From assembly GCF_000020025.1 (NCBI RefSeq), contig NC_010628.1, forward strand, positions 510,001-542,000: DNA of 32,000 nucleotides, read 5' to 3'. Of the stretch, positions 17,995 through 28,806 are shown piece by piece; position 1 is the stretch's first letter, and each line of letters starts with the position of its first letter. The notes beneath the pieces were generated by a model that was not told the DNA's origin, did no database searches, and saw only the letters and a list, made by a program, of their open reading frames with translations. The translations under genes and the position numbers were made by a program. This stretch comes from Nostoc punctiforme PCC 73102 (GTDB lineage: Bacteria; Cyanobacteriota; Cyanobacteriia; Cyanobacteriales; Nostocaceae).

Positions 17995-18085
17995 CCAATC
18001 AGCATTGGGTTTTCTATCGAGTTGGAAGTCACCTGATATAAGCATAAAAATAGCAGATGAATCTTTTACCAGATAGACATTACCG

Positions 18086-18826
18086 ATGCAACAGTCTTTA
18101 GACAGTATTAGCGATCCCCCCAGTACCAAAACGCAGGATTCTGCACATAAATCCATGCTGAAAAATTTACTCTCTGGCGTTTTTTTTGAGCCATTATTGA
18201 GTGATTTTCGCATTATCTTTGAGCGCGATCCCGCAGCACGTAATTGGTTAGAGGTGGTGTTTTGCTATCCCGGATTGCACGCACTCTGTTTGCATCGTCT
18301 TGCTCACTGGTTACATGGTCGAGGAGTGGGTTTTATCCCTCGTTTCATTTCCCATTTGGGGAGATTTTTGACGGGAATTGAAATTCACCCAGGTGCAGAG
18401 ATTGGCCAGGGCGTGTTTATCGACCACGGAATGGGTGTTGTCATTGGCGAAACTGCGATCGTGGGCGACTACACACTGATTTACCAGGGCGTTACCCTTG
18501 GCGGAACTGGTAAAGAAACTGGTAAGCGTCATCCCACAGTGGGCAAAAATGCAGTGATCGGGGCGGGTGCGAAAGTTTTAGGTAATCTGCAAATTGGCGA
18601 TCGCGTCCGCATTGGTGCAGGTTCGATTGTCTTGCGGAATATACCCAACGATTGCACAGTTGTGGGAATTCCCGGTCGAATTATTTCCCGAAATGAAAAC
18701 GCCAGCCTTTCTCCTTTAGAACATGGAAAGCTACCCGATATGGAAGCAACCGTGATTCGTTCTTTGCTCTCGCGCGTTGAGCAACTCGAAAAACAACTGC
18801 AAACTCTAGGCGTTAAGAGTCATTAG
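18086..18826 (+). CDS. cysE: Serine O-acetyltransferase, nif-cluster associated (CysE/NifP type)
   Basis: 246 aa. ERDPAARN motif and hexapeptide-repeat region [32 protein letters not shown]. An alternative start at 18155 is possible. Confidence 0.88.
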   Translation: MQQSLDSISDPPSTKTQDSAHKSMLKNLLSGVFFEPLLSDFRIIFERDPAARNWLEVVFCYPGLHALCLHRLAHWLHGRGVGFIPRFISHLGRFLTGIEIHPGAEIGQGVFIDHGMGVVIGETAIVGDYTLIYQGVTLGGTGKETGKRHPTVGKNAVIGAGAKVLGNLQIGDRVRIGAGSIVLRNIPNDCTVVGIPGRIISRNENASLSPLEHGKLPDMEATVIRSLLSRVEQLEKQLQTLGVKSH

Positions 18827-18900
18827 TCATTAGTCATTGGTCATTAGCAAAGGACAAAGGACAAAGGACAACTGACAAAGGACAAAGGACAAATGACAAA
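18819..18900. repeat. Bipartite heptamer STRR block, (GTCATTA)n followed by (AGGACAA)n, filling the cysE to next-ORF spacer
   Basis: gtcattagtcattagtcattggtcattag + caaaggacaaaggacaaaggacaactgacaaaggacaaaggacaaatgacaa. Confidence 0.85.
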
Positions 18901-19123
18901 TCACGTTTTGCAGATTCCTCTGAGCGATCGCTGGCGAATCTATCACCGATTGCAAGAGTTAAAAATAAATAGCTCTTGTCCCCCCGATGGTTCTTTACGA
19001 GTGCAAGTGAACAATTTGCTAGAAGTAATTCTAATTCGCAGTACAGTTATGCAATTTCTCGCTTCTCGCCAGGAATTATTAGAGTGGCTAGAGCGTTGCT
19101 GGTATTACAGCGATGAATCATGA
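18893..19123 (+). CDS. Small conserved nif-cluster protein (Asr1405/Asl0597-like family, by recollection)
   Basis: 76-aa ORF between cysE and nifV. I recall the same gene order around nifV1 in Anabaena PCC 7120. Confidence 0.55.
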   Translation: MTNHVLQIPLSDRWRIYHRLQELKINSSCPPDGSLRVQVNNLLEVILIRSTVMQFLASRQELLEWLERCWYYSDES

Positions 19124-19408
19124 ATCTTCTAATTAATCTTGAATTCATGACGCAATCACTGAACTTTATCCTTTTTGTTCATGGATGCACAAAGCTCAAA
19201 TAGCTTTAGAGTTTGAAGCTACTGTATGCTTGCAGAATTTATTGCAGACTGAGATGGATTAGATAAGGTTTAGATTTTTTTCCTTATGCTAAATCTGAAA
19301 TTCTCCTGACATATAGCAACAATTAAAAATTCGGAATTCCCAAATAAAAATTGGAATTTCTGATTTTTAAGTTTTTCCCAAATTAAGAAATTGAAAGTTC
19401 AATCATTT

Positions 19409-19606
19409 ATGGCGACTCGGAACAGAGATATAAAACTCCTCAATTATTTGCACAACGAACTTGAACTTTCAAATGCCGATATTGCTGTAGCTCTGCGACA
19501 CCGTGAATTAGAAAATGGGCCACTACCGATGCTTCTCTGGCAGTATGGTTTAGTTGATTTGGAGCAGCTAGGAAAAATATTTGATTGGCTAGCCGAACAC
19601 AGTTAG
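19409..19606 (+). CDS. DUF2949-like small protein
   Basis: ELELSNADIAVALRHRE...LPMLLWQYGLVDLEQLGKIFDWL resembles the DUF2949 family pattern as I recall it. ATG at 19409; the track starts at a TTG at 19391. Confidence 0.55.
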   Translation: MATRNRDIKLLNYLHNELELSNADIAVALRHRELENGPLPMLLWQYGLVDLEQLGKIFDWLAEHS

Positions 19607-19977
19607 TGAATTTGTACCTTGTAGCTCCCAGTCCCATTACCTGCCTAAAGTACACACCAATGCTCTAGAAAATCTGAGGTTACTAAGATGATTACATCCT
19701 TAATTGCTGGATTCTGTGTTTTACTTTGTTCAGGATTTGCTAATAGTTATATTAGTTCATTGCTACTCGAACCAAACTCAACTGACATCGGTAAAAACGA
19801 TTAGTAAATTATACATTGTTTTAGTTCCCTGTCATACAGATGTGATGCTGCTAATAAGTCAATAATTAAGGATCATGTATCCTACATTATGAATTGTGAT
19901 ATTTTTAGCATTTGCCATCGCTGGGGATTGTAGAGAGAAAGGATATTAAGAATACTTCCAAGAGAGGGATATTTGCA

Positions 19978-21111
19978 ATGAATCAAATCATAATTAATGA
20001 CACTACACTACGTGATGGCGAACAGGCAGCAGGTGTTGCTTTTACCCTACAAGAAAAAGTAGCGATCGCTAAGTTTCTCGATTCTATTGGTATTCCCGAA
20101 TTAGAAGTCGGTATACCAGCAATGGGTGACGAAGAAACCCGTGCGATCGCCGCAATTTCTGACTTGGGTTTACAAGCAAAACTCCTGGGCTGGAACCGCG
20201 CTGTCATCTCAGATATTAAGGCTTCTATCGCTTGCGGTCTGAACCGGGTGCATATTGCCATTCCCGTCTCTGGTATCCAAATCGCCGCCAAATTCCACGG
20301 TCAATGGCGAGTAAGTTTGCAAAAACTCAAAGACTGTATTAGCTTCGCCGTCGATCAAGGTCTTTGGGTAGCAGTCGGCGGAGAAGATTCTTCCAGGGCT
20401 GACGAAAACTTCCTTTTAGATGTAGCGCTTTATGCTCAAGAATGGGGTGCATCCCGGTTCCGCTTCTGCGACACCGTAGGAGTTCTCGACCCTTTCACCA
20501 CCTACACCAAGGTTAAACGGCTGGTTTCAGCTTTGATGATTCCTCTAGAAATCCACACCCACAACGATTTTGGTCTGGCAACAGCCAACGCCCTTGCGGG
20601 TATCAAAGCTGGAGCCTTATCAGTGAATACCACAGTTAACGGATTAGGCGAAAGAGCGGGAAACGCAGCTTTAGAAGAAGTTGTCATGGCAATCAAACGC
20701 ATCTATGGCGTTGATTTGGGCATTGACACACCCGGTTTGCTGGAACTATCTCAACTAGTTGCAGCCGCATCAGGAGCTAGCGTACCACCTTGGAAAGCGA
20801 TCGTTGGCGAAAATACCTTTGCTCACGAATCTGGCATCCATGCTCACGGGGTATTGCAAAATCCCATTACCTACGAACCATTTGCTCCCGAAGAGGTGGG
20901 TTGGGAACGGCGTCTAGTATTAGGTAAACATTCTGGACGGCATTTGGTTTCAAACTTGCTAGAACAACATGGAATTTTCTTGAACTCCCAAGAAACCCAA
21001 TCTGTTTTAGATGCAGTGCGCCATCAATCGGTACAGAAAAAACGCAGCCTGACGACAGAAGAACTATTGAATTTGGTCAGAGAACAGAGGTACTCTCATG
21101 CAACGCGATGA
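19978..21111 (+). CDS. nifV: Homocitrate synthase NifV
   Basis: [11 protein letters not shown] start of the HMGL-like domain, [15 protein letters not shown] metal-site motif. Followed by nifZ and nifT. ATG at 19978; the track starts at a TTG at 19912. Confidence 0.92.
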   Translation: MNQIIINDTTLRDGEQAAGVAFTLQEKVAIAKFLDSIGIPELEVGIPAMGDEETRAIAAISDLGLQAKLLGWNRAVISDIKASIACGLNRVHIAIPVSGIQIAAKFHGQWRVSLQKLKDCISFAVDQGLWVAVGGEDSSRADENFLLDVALYAQEWGASRFRFCDTVGVLDPFTTYTKVKRLVSALMIPLEIHTHNDFGLATANALAGIKAGALSVNTTVNGLGERAGNAALEEVVMAIKRIYGVDLGIDTPGLLELSQLVAAASGASVPPWKAIVGENTFAHESGIHAHGVLQNPITYEPFAPEEVGWERRLVLGKHSGRHLVSNLLEQHGIFLNSQETQSVLDAVRHQSVQKKRSLTTEELLNLVREQRYSHATR

Positions 21112-21385
21112 ATTAGAGCTAAACTTGCCACCTGCTTTTGAAATTGGTGAAAAAGTCAGAGTTCGGAAACTGCTCAAGAACGATGGTACTTTTCCTGGTA
21201 AAGAAGTTGGGCAAGTTTTAGTGAACAAAGGAGATATCGGCTACATAGCCAGTATAGGAACATATTTGCAGACTTCCTATATTTATGCTGTGCATTTTTT
21301 GGAAACAGGATTCGTCGTCGGCTGTAAGAAAAAAGAACTAGAATCTGTTGAGGAATCTCATGAAAGTAATGCTACGCATGAATGA
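21098..21385 (+). CDS. nifZ: NifZ
   Basis: 95 aa. [21 protein letters not shown]...GDIGYI is the NifZ signature region. Overlaps the nifV stop by 14 nt. Confidence 0.85.
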   Translation: MQRDELELNLPPAFEIGEKVRVRKLLKNDGTFPGKEVGQVLVNKGDIGYIASIGTYLQTSYIYAVHFLETGFVVGCKKKELESVEESHESNATHE

Positions 21386-21563
21386 TGCCGGTACTTTAGT
21401 AGTCTACGTTGCTAAAAAAGACCTTGAAGAAGAAGTAGTCAAACAAACCGATGGGAATGATGGCAAGATTCTCACCTTAGCAAATGGTTGGGAATTAGAA
21501 TTTCGTAATTTGCCAGACACAGCAAATTTACCTCAAACAGTAGAAGCTAAACGCCTCGCATAA
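21360..21563 (+). CDS. nifT: NifT/FixU
   Basis: MKVMLR... start typical of NifT, about 67 aa, gaggaa RBS just upstream. Overlaps the nifZ 3' end. Confidence 0.8.
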   Translation: MKVMLRMNDAGTLVVYVAKKDLEEEVVKQTDGNDGKILTLANGWELEFRNLPDTANLPQTVEAKRLA

Positions 21564-21570
21564 AGAGGCA

Positions 21571-21661
21571 GGGGGCTGGGGATTGGGGACTGGGGAATAA
21601 ATCTTTTCCCAATCCCCAATCCCCAATTCCTAATTCCCAATTCCCAATTCCCAATTCCCAA
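21571..21661. repeat. STRR heptamers (GGGGACT/GGGGATT type) forming a long imperfect hairpin after nifT
   Basis: gggctggggattggggactggggaa ... tcccaatccccaatccccaattcc, then (aattccc)n. Probable operon terminator or RNA stabiliser. Confidence 0.7.
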
Positions 21662-21677
21662 TAACTTTTTATCAATC

Positions 21678-22220
21678 ATGGGTGATAAGTATTTGACGTT
21701 ATCAGAATTGAACCTTGAGGGACAGTTACTAGGTTTTGTTGGTGGTGAACCAGGAAAATATAAATACTTGCAATTGGCAGTTCCATCTGGAAATGTAGAA
21801 ATTAAACTGCCTAAAGAATTGCGCCGTTCTCTAAGTTTATCTTTGGTTCCCGGCCAGCACATTCGCATTTGTGGTCATAGTAAGGTAGATTCGCGCACAA
21901 GTAAAATAAAAATTAAAGCCTATCGGGTGACACCAATTGATGGGTGTCCAAAGCAAGATTTACCACCTCAAATCAAAGCAAGGATTATGGTATGTCAAAA
22001 GGGCGGTTGCCTGAAACGTGGTGGTAAAGGGTTATTATCAGATTTAGAAAAAACTTTGTGCGATCGCGGTTTGTTAGACAAAGTTACCATTGAACATACC
22101 AGTTGCCAAAAATGCTGTAACAGCGCTCCCAACTGTGTTTTACACCTTGGTAAAAAGAAATACAAGAATATTCATCCTGATGCGATCGCATCTTTGCTAG
22201 AAAGTCACTTAACAGAGTAA
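21678..22220 (+). CDS. Two-domain protein: unknown N-terminal domain plus C-terminal thioredoxin-like [2Fe-2S] ferredoxin domain
   Basis: 180 aa. The C-terminal half has VCQKGGCLKRGG ... TSCQKCCNSAPN cysteine spacing. Confidence 0.6.
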   Translation: MGDKYLTLSELNLEGQLLGFVGGEPGKYKYLQLAVPSGNVEIKLPKELRRSLSLSLVPGQHIRICGHSKVDSRTSKIKIKAYRVTPIDGCPKQDLPPQIKARIMVCQKGGCLKRGGKGLLSDLEKTLCDRGLLDKVTIEHTSCQKCCNSAPNCVLHLGKKKYKNIHPDAIASLLESHLTE

Positions 22221-22363
22221 TAATCTTCTCTAGCTATTCTTAAAATAATACATAACTTTGTAGGGGTAAAAATTTTACCTCTATTTGTTGTAAGTATTGT
22301 TTCCATAAATCAAATCAGAGTCCTATATTTTAATTAATTGGCTAAAACATCATTCACTCATTA

Positions 22364-22600
22364 GTGATGATAATTATTCCAGTATCAAGATTTCAACTCA
22401 ACAACAAGTCAGGACATACGGAGGATAGTAGATTTGATATTGTAGTTGAAATTTCAACTGGTTTACGCACAGATGTAATATTTATTGGATCAAAAATTGG
22501 CGCTAAGGATGGAAGTGATGCTTTAAAACAATATGCTGAAATTTTGAGTAATCTACCAAGATCTTGCAGAATAACTAGTGGTTCGTCTACTTGTGTTTGA
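22364..22600 (+). CDS. Hypothetical small protein (weak call)
   Basis: 78-aa ORF, GTG/ATG start, no recognisable motif, AT-rich surroundings. Confidence 0.25.
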   Translation: MMIIIPVSRFQLNNKSGHTEDSRFDIVVEISTGLRTDVIFIGSKIGAKDGSDALKQYAEILSNLPRSCRITSGSSTCV

Positions 22601-22671
22601 CAAATTTTATAAGCGTTACCGAGATTATTTGGAGAATAGCCTGATTAGTTTTTGTATTTGGTAACTATCTT

Positions 22672-22704
22672 AAAAAAAATGCCCTTGCTAGAAACTAAGG
22701 GCAT
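22672..22704 (-). terminator. Rho-independent terminator downstream of the PEP-CTERM gene
   Basis: Stem atgccctt/aagggcat followed on the minus strand by an 8-T run. Confidence 0.7.
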
Positions 22705-22887
22705 TGAAGTTTACCTATTTAATGTTTAATGAGTAAATCTATATAGATTGGGATACTTTTCGCTTAATACTTATTCAAAAACTCATGATTCCAGCCATTA
22801 TTTTTTCTGACAAAAAGTAGCCTTTTATTTTGTCTATAATCACTGAAAATAAATCAAGCCGTATTGCGAATAGTCCCCACACAATTT

Positions 22888-23817
22888 CTATGCTAATTTC
22901 TTGCGTCGCTTGCTACCAGCCAAAGCCAGACCGACGATTCCTAAACCAGCGAGACTAGCAGGCTCAGGAGTCGATTGGACAACACCAGATTTCTTGAATT
23001 CAAATGCAATAGTTTGTGTGCCATTAAATTTGCTGGCATCATAACCAGTGGTTAACAACTGCTGCGTTACATTACCCTGTGCTAGGAACGAGATTCCACT
23101 CAGATATTTTCCAGAGTCGATGACATTAAGATTAAATGTATTGTCCTTGCCATTATTAGTAAAATAACTACTGGTCAAATCACCATAACCGACAATACCA
23201 CCACCTTGTTTTACCTGACTTTCGTAAGAATTCCCTCCTCCTGCTAAACCACCATATGTAGCAACAGTATAGCCCTCTTTGATATTAGTAACTGTCTTTG
23301 CCTGAACACCACTATAAACACCTAGTTGTTGTACTCCTGAAGCATTCGCTGAAGCGAAATGAATACCAAACAAATCCCCACTGCTCATAGCATTGTCAAA
23401 GGTCTTACCGGCCATATTGAAGAATAAATCACCATATCCAATCTGACCGCCGACAGCACCCTGTTCAGCCTCTCCTGTTAACTTCATATTGCCATTGATT
23501 GCCACAATGATGCTGGTAGCAGTTTCTTTGATAGCCATACCAGAGATATCGTAGGGATTTACTTTCCCTGGGGCAGCACCAACCCAGTAGTTCCCGTTCA
23601 TCCCATCTTTGTTTGAATCAAATGCATACTGCCAGCTATTAGCATCGGTAGAGTTTTGACCCATGAGAAGACCAGTAGTGTCATTCATACACTCCAAAGA
23701 TATGCTAAATGCTGTTCCCTTTAAGTCGGAGGCATACGCTCCTTGACCAGCCACAAAAAAGATTCCAAAAGTGGTAATGCCAACTTTGAGTAAATTGAAT
23801 AAGCTTTGAGTTTTCAT
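22888..23817 (-). CDS. PEP-CTERM sorting-domain surface protein
   Basis: N-terminal signal peptide. C-terminal PEPASLAGLGIVGLALAGSKRRKK (PEP motif, TM helix, basic tail). Confidence 0.75.
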   Translation of the reverse strand: MKTQSLFNLLKVGITTFGIFFVAGQGAYASDLKGTAFSISLECMNDTTGLLMGQNSTDANSWQYAFDSNKDGMNGNYWVGAAPGKVNPYDISGMAIKETATSIIVAINGNMKLTGEAEQGAVGGQIGYGDLFFNMAGKTFDNAMSSGDLFGIHFASANASGVQQLGVYSGVQAKTVTNIKEGYTVATYGGLAGGGNSYESQVKQGGGIVGYGDLTSSYFTNNGKDNTFNLNVIDSGKYLSGISFLAQGNVTQQLLTTGYDASKFNGTQTIAFEFKKSGVVQSTPEPASLAGLGIVGLALAGSKRRKKLA

Positions 23818-24342
23818 TATTTATAACTTGATTGATTTAGAGAATCACAATTTACTGGACTTCTTTATTTGTAATTTGAATTACAAGAACAGAGAAGCGT
23901 GATTCTTCTGAAAATATAATTTGGATAACTTAACGGTAATTTTATAAAACTTAAATAAAAAATGACATATTTAGTAAGAATTGCTTTTATCTAACGTAAT
24001 TGTATTAAATGTGAAATAGTAACAAAGCTAGGTAGGCCTAGTAGCCTACGATTCCTGCACCCATTGAATTAGATAGCTTGAAAAAGCTTTTGGGTTTGTG
24101 TAAGCTTAATAAACCATATCCTGCCAGCATCTCCGTACAGGACACCTAAACCCGCGATCGCTAGAAGTGTTTTGTCTGCATCGATCTACTTTAGAAAGTA
24201 ATATCCGATTCGGATGAACAATTGGGCATTGACATTGCACCTTGCTAGTTAAGGGAGTCAAAAGCCAGGTGTCGAAATCAATAAGCCTCCTGACGACTGA
24301 CACCTTTATTCTGGTTCTTAGCTAAAGATGCAACCCTTCTAA

Positions 24343-25725
24343 TCAAATCAATCCTTCTAACGCGTGTTGCAAATCATTAGTTACATCAGCAACAGCTTGT
24401 CTAGCACCCAAACGATTTTCCTTATACGCCGGGTAATGCTCAGAAATAGATATAGGTTCACCCACAGTAATTTTAACTTTTTGCTTACCCAATTGTGGAC
24501 GCTGTACACCTTTATCGCCTTTTATTTTAGCAATCATTTGCCATAAAATTAAAGTTGTTTCAGCAAACCTTTCTACTGTGGGATTTTCCCTAATATAATT
24601 ACCAGAAACTGCCACAAAACTTTCTACTAAACGCATGTGCCACATACGTGCATTCGCTTCTTCAGCAACGCGATCGCCTAAAGCTCTTTCAACCGCAGAT
24701 ACTCCTTTTACATCCTTAAATTCTTCTCTAAATATATAATTCCAACCCGCTTGTTCTACTCGCCGGCAACGGTCGCTCAAACTACCTTTTGACTGCAAAT
24801 TAAAATACTGTTCTGAGATTAACAGCGCTGCATTTAATAAAGCTTGTAGACGAACAGCTAACGCTTCATTTCTATCTGGAATTTGCCCGTTGACAATCTT
24901 GGAATCTGGCAGTTTCTGATGATAAAACCGGGTGTAAAATTCCTCCATGAGCAAAAGTAAATGTTCTGCCAAAGCCAACAACCGGGGATAAAGCGACTCT
25001 ATAGAAGCATTTTCTGCTGAATTCACAGGTAAACCACTAGCCGCTTCCAATTCACTTAAAAGATTTGCGATCGCATCCCAAGGAGCATCAACGTAACTAT
25101 ATTTAATCCCAACTGGTACAATTAGAACCTGTTCCGGGCGTTCAGCTTTGTGCAAGTCTTCAGCACACCAAAAGCCTAATTGGGCGATACCAGGTTCTAA
25201 GGGGCTGATATTCTCTGATAAACCATTGGTTGCACCCTCTGGCGCAGCCGCCATCGGGAATTTACCATTGGCGAACAAGTCACGCGCCGAACGTAACCCT
25301 GTCCAGTCAGCCTTACCTCGCTGAATCGGAGTCCCCCCTAAACGAGAAGCAATCCAGCCAACGTAGGAACCTGCCCAGAGAGGAATGCCGCGATCGTAGA
25401 TAAAATGAGCGTGAATCGGAAGTTGTAGTGTTGTACCTTGCGATCGCGCTATCTTTGGTACAAGTTGAGATAACAAGTAAGCCAAACAAAACGGATCGTC
25501 TGTTTTCGGATGGCGAAATGCCAGCATAAAACGGATCTTACCCTCCTGAAACTGGCGATAGAGATCCACCAGCACCTCTACGTTGTCTGCTTCAATTTGG
25601 GTAATAGGTGTTTGCCAGTTTATCCAACTGGGTAGCAACAGATGGACAAATCGTAGAAATAAGGGGTTAAACGCCGGAGGAATAAATTCTAAGGGTGGCT
25701 GTGCTTGATAAATTACATCTGCCAA
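24343..25725 (-). CDS. Glycerolipid acyltransferase family protein (PlsC-like)
   Basis: 460 aa. FRHPKTDDP H(X)4D acyltransferase motif. Apparent TTG start. Confidence 0.6.
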   Translation of the reverse strand: MADVIYQAQPPLEFIPPAFNPLFLRFVHLLLPSWINWQTPITQIEADNVEVLVDLYRQFQEGKIRFMLAFRHPKTDDPFCLAYLLSQLVPKIARSQGTTLQLPIHAHFIYDRGIPLWAGSYVGWIASRLGGTPIQRGKADWTGLRSARDLFANGKFPMAAAPEGATNGLSENISPLEPGIAQLGFWCAEDLHKAERPEQVLIVPVGIKYSYVDAPWDAIANLLSELEAASGLPVNSAENASIESLYPRLLALAEHLLLLMEEFYTRFYHQKLPDSKIVNGQIPDRNEALAVRLQALLNAALLISEQYFNLQSKGSLSDRCRRVEQAGWNYIFREEFKDVKGVSAVERALGDRVAEEANARMWHMRLVESFVAVSGNYIRENPTVERFAETTLILWQMIAKIKGDKGVQRPQLGKQKVKITVGEPISISEHYPAYKENRLGARQAVADVTNDLQHALEGLI

Positions 25726-25742
25726 GGTAGTTTTCTCCTAAA

Positions 25743-25785
25743 GGGACTGGGGACTGGGGAGTAGGGACTGGGGATTGGGAACTAG
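25743..25785. repeat. STRR heptamers (GGGACTG type)
   Basis: gggactggggactggggagtagggactggggattggga. Confidence 0.8.
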
Positions 25786-25988
25786 TATTTTTTACTCAGC
25801 ACTTTTTCAAGTAAATCTCCATATACTTCTTACATAAAGAAGGATGAAAATCTTTCTTGTTTAGCCCTTAGCCCCTAACCTGTAGATAAAAATGAAAAAT
25901 AAATAACGCTGTGTACTTTGTACTTCATCCTTAATACCTCATACTTTAGTTGACATAGAAATTAGCGATCAAAGAAAGGCTATAAACG

Positions 25989-27803
25989 ATGCGACTGTCA
26001 CAAATGTTATTCGTTACACTCCGGGACGATCCAGCTGATGCTGAGATTCCCAGTCATAAATTATTACTCCGTGCAGGCTACATTCGTCGCATCGGTAGTG
26101 GTCTTTATGCTTATTTGCCGTTAATGTGGCGGGTATTGCAAAAAGTTTCCCAGATTGTGCGGGAAGAAATGAACGCTACAGGCGCACAAGAATGTCTCCT
26201 ACCACAATTACAACCTGCTGATTTATGGAAGGAATCAGGACGCTGGGACACTTACACCAAAGCTGAGGGGATTATGTTTTCCCTAATTGACCGCCGTGAG
26301 CAACAATTAGGATTAGGCCCAACTCATGAAGAAGTAATCACAGCGATCGCTCGTGATATGATTCGCTCTTATCGCCAGTTACCCCTACACCTCTACCAAA
26401 TTCAAACTAAATTCCGCGATGAAATTCGTCCCCGCTTTGGTTTGATGCGCGGACGCGAGTTCATCATGAAGGACGGCTACTCCTTCCATACCGATGAAGC
26501 CAGCCTCAAAGAAACTTACCAGGATATGTATAAAGCCTACAGCAATATTCTGCGACGTTCTGGTTTAGCTTTTCGGGCAGTGGAAGCCGATTCTGGTGCA
26601 ATTGGTGGTTCTGGTTCCACAGAATTTATGATTTTGGCGGAAGCTGGTGAAGATGAAGTTCTCTACACTGAGGATGGTAAATACGCCGCTAACGTAGAAA
26701 AGGCTGTTTCTTTACCAATTGATGCCGAAACCTCACGGTTTACAACCTACGAGAAACGCGATACACCTGGAACAGAAACGATTGAAAAGGTGTGTCAACT
26801 CCTCAACTGTTCTCCTACTCAATTGGTGAAAAATGTCCTTTATCAGACAGTTTATGATAATGGCAAAACAGTGTTAGTTTTGGTAAGCATTCGAGGCGAT
26901 CAGGAAGTTAATGAGGTCAAATTGCAAAATGAACTGACTAAATTAGCTTCTGAATATGGCGCTAAAACTATTATTAGTTTGAATGTACCAAATGTAGAAG
27001 CCCAGCAAGCATGGACAACTAAATCTCTGCCTTTAGGCTACATTGCGCCAGATATCGCAGATGAGTATATTGCTGCTAATAAACAGATCCATTCCAAGTT
27101 TTTGCGCTTGGTGGATCAAACAGCAGTTGATTTAAAAAACTTTGTTACAGGCGCAAATGAAGCTGGTTATCACGTAGTTAGTGCTAATTGGGATGAGCAA
27201 TTTAAGTTACCAGAGCGAGTAGTAGATATTCGTAAGTCAAGACCAGGCGATCGTGCCATCCATAACCCAGAACAAACCTTACAAAGCGCCCGTGGAATCG
27301 AAGCCGGTCATATTTTCCAATTAGGCACTAAATATTCCCAAGCAATGGGAGCAACTTATACCAATGAACAGGGTGAAGAAAAGCCACTATTGATGGGTTG
27401 TTTTGGTGTGGGCGTGTCACGATTAGCGCAAGCTGCCGTAGAGCAATCTTACGATAATGATGGGATTATTTGGCCAGTTGCGATCGCACCCTACCACGCG
27501 ATTGTGACGATTCCTAACATTAAGGATGCTCAACAAGTCGAAGTCGCCCAAAAACTCTACACAGAACTCAATCAAGCAGGAATTGAAACCCTACTAGATG
27601 ACCGCGATGAACGGGCGGGAGTGAAATTTAAAGATGCTGACTTGATTGGGATACCTTATAGAATTGTAACCGGACGAGCGATCGCTAATGGCAAAGTCGA
27701 AGTTGTAGAAAGAGCCACCCGTAAATCTCAAGAAATAGTCATTGATGAAGTTACCACTACACTCCAACAATGGATTACCGCCGCAATTGATGTAAAAAAT
27801 TAA
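25989..27803 (+). CDS. proS: Proline--tRNA ligase
   Basis: 604 aa. Class II aaRS ProRS pattern ([29 protein letters not shown]), with an INS editing domain and a C-terminal anticodon-binding domain. Confidence 0.95.
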   Translation: MRLSQMLFVTLRDDPADAEIPSHKLLLRAGYIRRIGSGLYAYLPLMWRVLQKVSQIVREEMNATGAQECLLPQLQPADLWKESGRWDTYTKAEGIMFSLIDRREQQLGLGPTHEEVITAIARDMIRSYRQLPLHLYQIQTKFRDEIRPRFGLMRGREFIMKDGYSFHTDEASLKETYQDMYKAYSNILRRSGLAFRAVEADSGAIGGSGSTEFMILAEAGEDEVLYTEDGKYAANVEKAVSLPIDAETSRFTTYEKRDTPGTETIEKVCQLLNCSPTQLVKNVLYQTVYDNGKTVLVLVSIRGDQEVNEVKLQNELTKLASEYGAKTIISLNVPNVEAQQAWTTKSLPLGYIAPDIADEYIAANKQIHSKFLRLVDQTAVDLKNFVTGANEAGYHVVSANWDEQFKLPERVVDIRKSRPGDRAIHNPEQTLQSARGIEAGHIFQLGTKYSQAMGATYTNEQGEEKPLLMGCFGVGVSRLAQAAVEQSYDNDGIIWPVAIAPYHAIVTIPNIKDAQQVEVAQKLYTELNQAGIETLLDDRDERAGVKFKDADLIGIPYRIVTGRAIANGKVEVVERATRKSQEIVIDEVTTTLQQWITAAIDVKN

Positions 27804-27816
27804 ACACTAAAACTTC

Positions 27817-27858
27817 CGCAGAGGAATAAATACTTTACTTTGTGTTCCTCTGCGTTTT
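27817..27858 (+). terminator. Rho-independent terminator of proS
   Basis: cgcagaggaa ... ttcctctgcg followed by tttt. Confidence 0.75.
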
Positions 27859-28130
27859 CCAGCCTGCGGCAAGCCGCAAAAACATCTACTACTGAATTGT
27901 AAATTTAATCATCTCCAAAAAGAATGAAATTTACATAATTTGGTAGGTGACGGATTAGAAATATAAATTCTAAAATTGATAAAGGGACTTGCGGAATTAA
28001 AAATAATCGCCTTTTGAGGCATAAAGTCTCCTCCAGGTTTCGGGAAACTCTCTACTTGTAAGTATCGTCTTTAACCAGGCTGCTCCTCACATAACGACCA
28101 TATCAGCCCTCAGTCAGGAAGGTTTCGAAC

Positions 28131-28742
28131 ATGAAAGACCAACAAGGATCTAATCGCATTTCTTCAGGCACAATTGCAGCCGTTTCAGCAGTGGTTGTAG
28201 CGGTGGGTGGCGGTGTGGCTTGGTTTACTACACACTCCAGCAATCCTCCCACACCATCAAACCCCTCTGGACCCATCGCTCAACCAGCACAGCCATCAAC
28301 TAGGCAGCCAGCTAATGAGCAAAGCCCTAATGTTTATTGGCTCAGACCAAAAGACAAAAGTGTTGCTTTGGTTCCCCAACCTGTTAAAGTCGCTTCTATA
28401 CGAGCCAGCCAGCCTTTAGAAGCAGCTTTTCAAAGTTTGTTGGCAGGGCCGACAGAAGGAACAGATTCCACAACTATCCCCAAAGGAACTAAGCTGTTGG
28501 GACTGAAATCAGAAAATGACGAAGTTCACGTTAATTTATCTGAAGATTTTACCAGTGGTGGTGGTAGCACATCAATGATGGGTCGTGTCGGACAAGTTGT
28601 TTATACTGCGACAAGTTTAAATCCTAAAGCAAAGGTTTACATTGACGTGAACGGTAAACCATTGGATGTTTTAGGTGGTGAAGGCGTAGAGTTACAACAA
28701 CCATTAACTCGTGAAAGCTTTGAGAAAAATTATCAGCTTTAG
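28131..28742 (+). CDS. GerMN domain-containing membrane-anchored protein
   Basis: N-terminal TM segment, Pro-rich linker, LEAAFQSLLAGPTEGTDSTTIPKGTKLLG pattern typical of GerMN. Confidence 0.7.
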   Translation: MKDQQGSNRISSGTIAAVSAVVVAVGGGVAWFTTHSSNPPTPSNPSGPIAQPAQPSTRQPANEQSPNVYWLRPKDKSVALVPQPVKVASIRASQPLEAAFQSLLAGPTEGTDSTTIPKGTKLLGLKSENDEVHVNLSEDFTSGGGSTSMMGRVGQVVYTATSLNPKAKVYIDVNGKPLDVLGGEGVELQQPLTRESFEKNYQL

Positions 28743-28744
28743 TT

Positions 28745-28806
28745 ATTGGTCATTAGTCATTAGTCATTAGTCATTAGTAAAGGACAAAGGACAAATGACA
28801 ACTGAC
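28745..28806. repeat. Second copy of the bipartite (GTCATTA)n + (AGGACAA)n STRR block
   Basis: ttggtcattagtcattagtcattagtcattagtaaaggacaaaggacaaatgacaactgac. Same composite as 18819-18900. Confidence 0.85.

Noticed and set aside
24106-24303. 65-aa minus-strand ORF between the PEP-CTERM and acyltransferase genes.
   Set aside because: It is Cys/Arg-rich with no motif or RBS, and it lies in what is more plausibly the 3' untranslated or terminator region of the acyltransferase gene.
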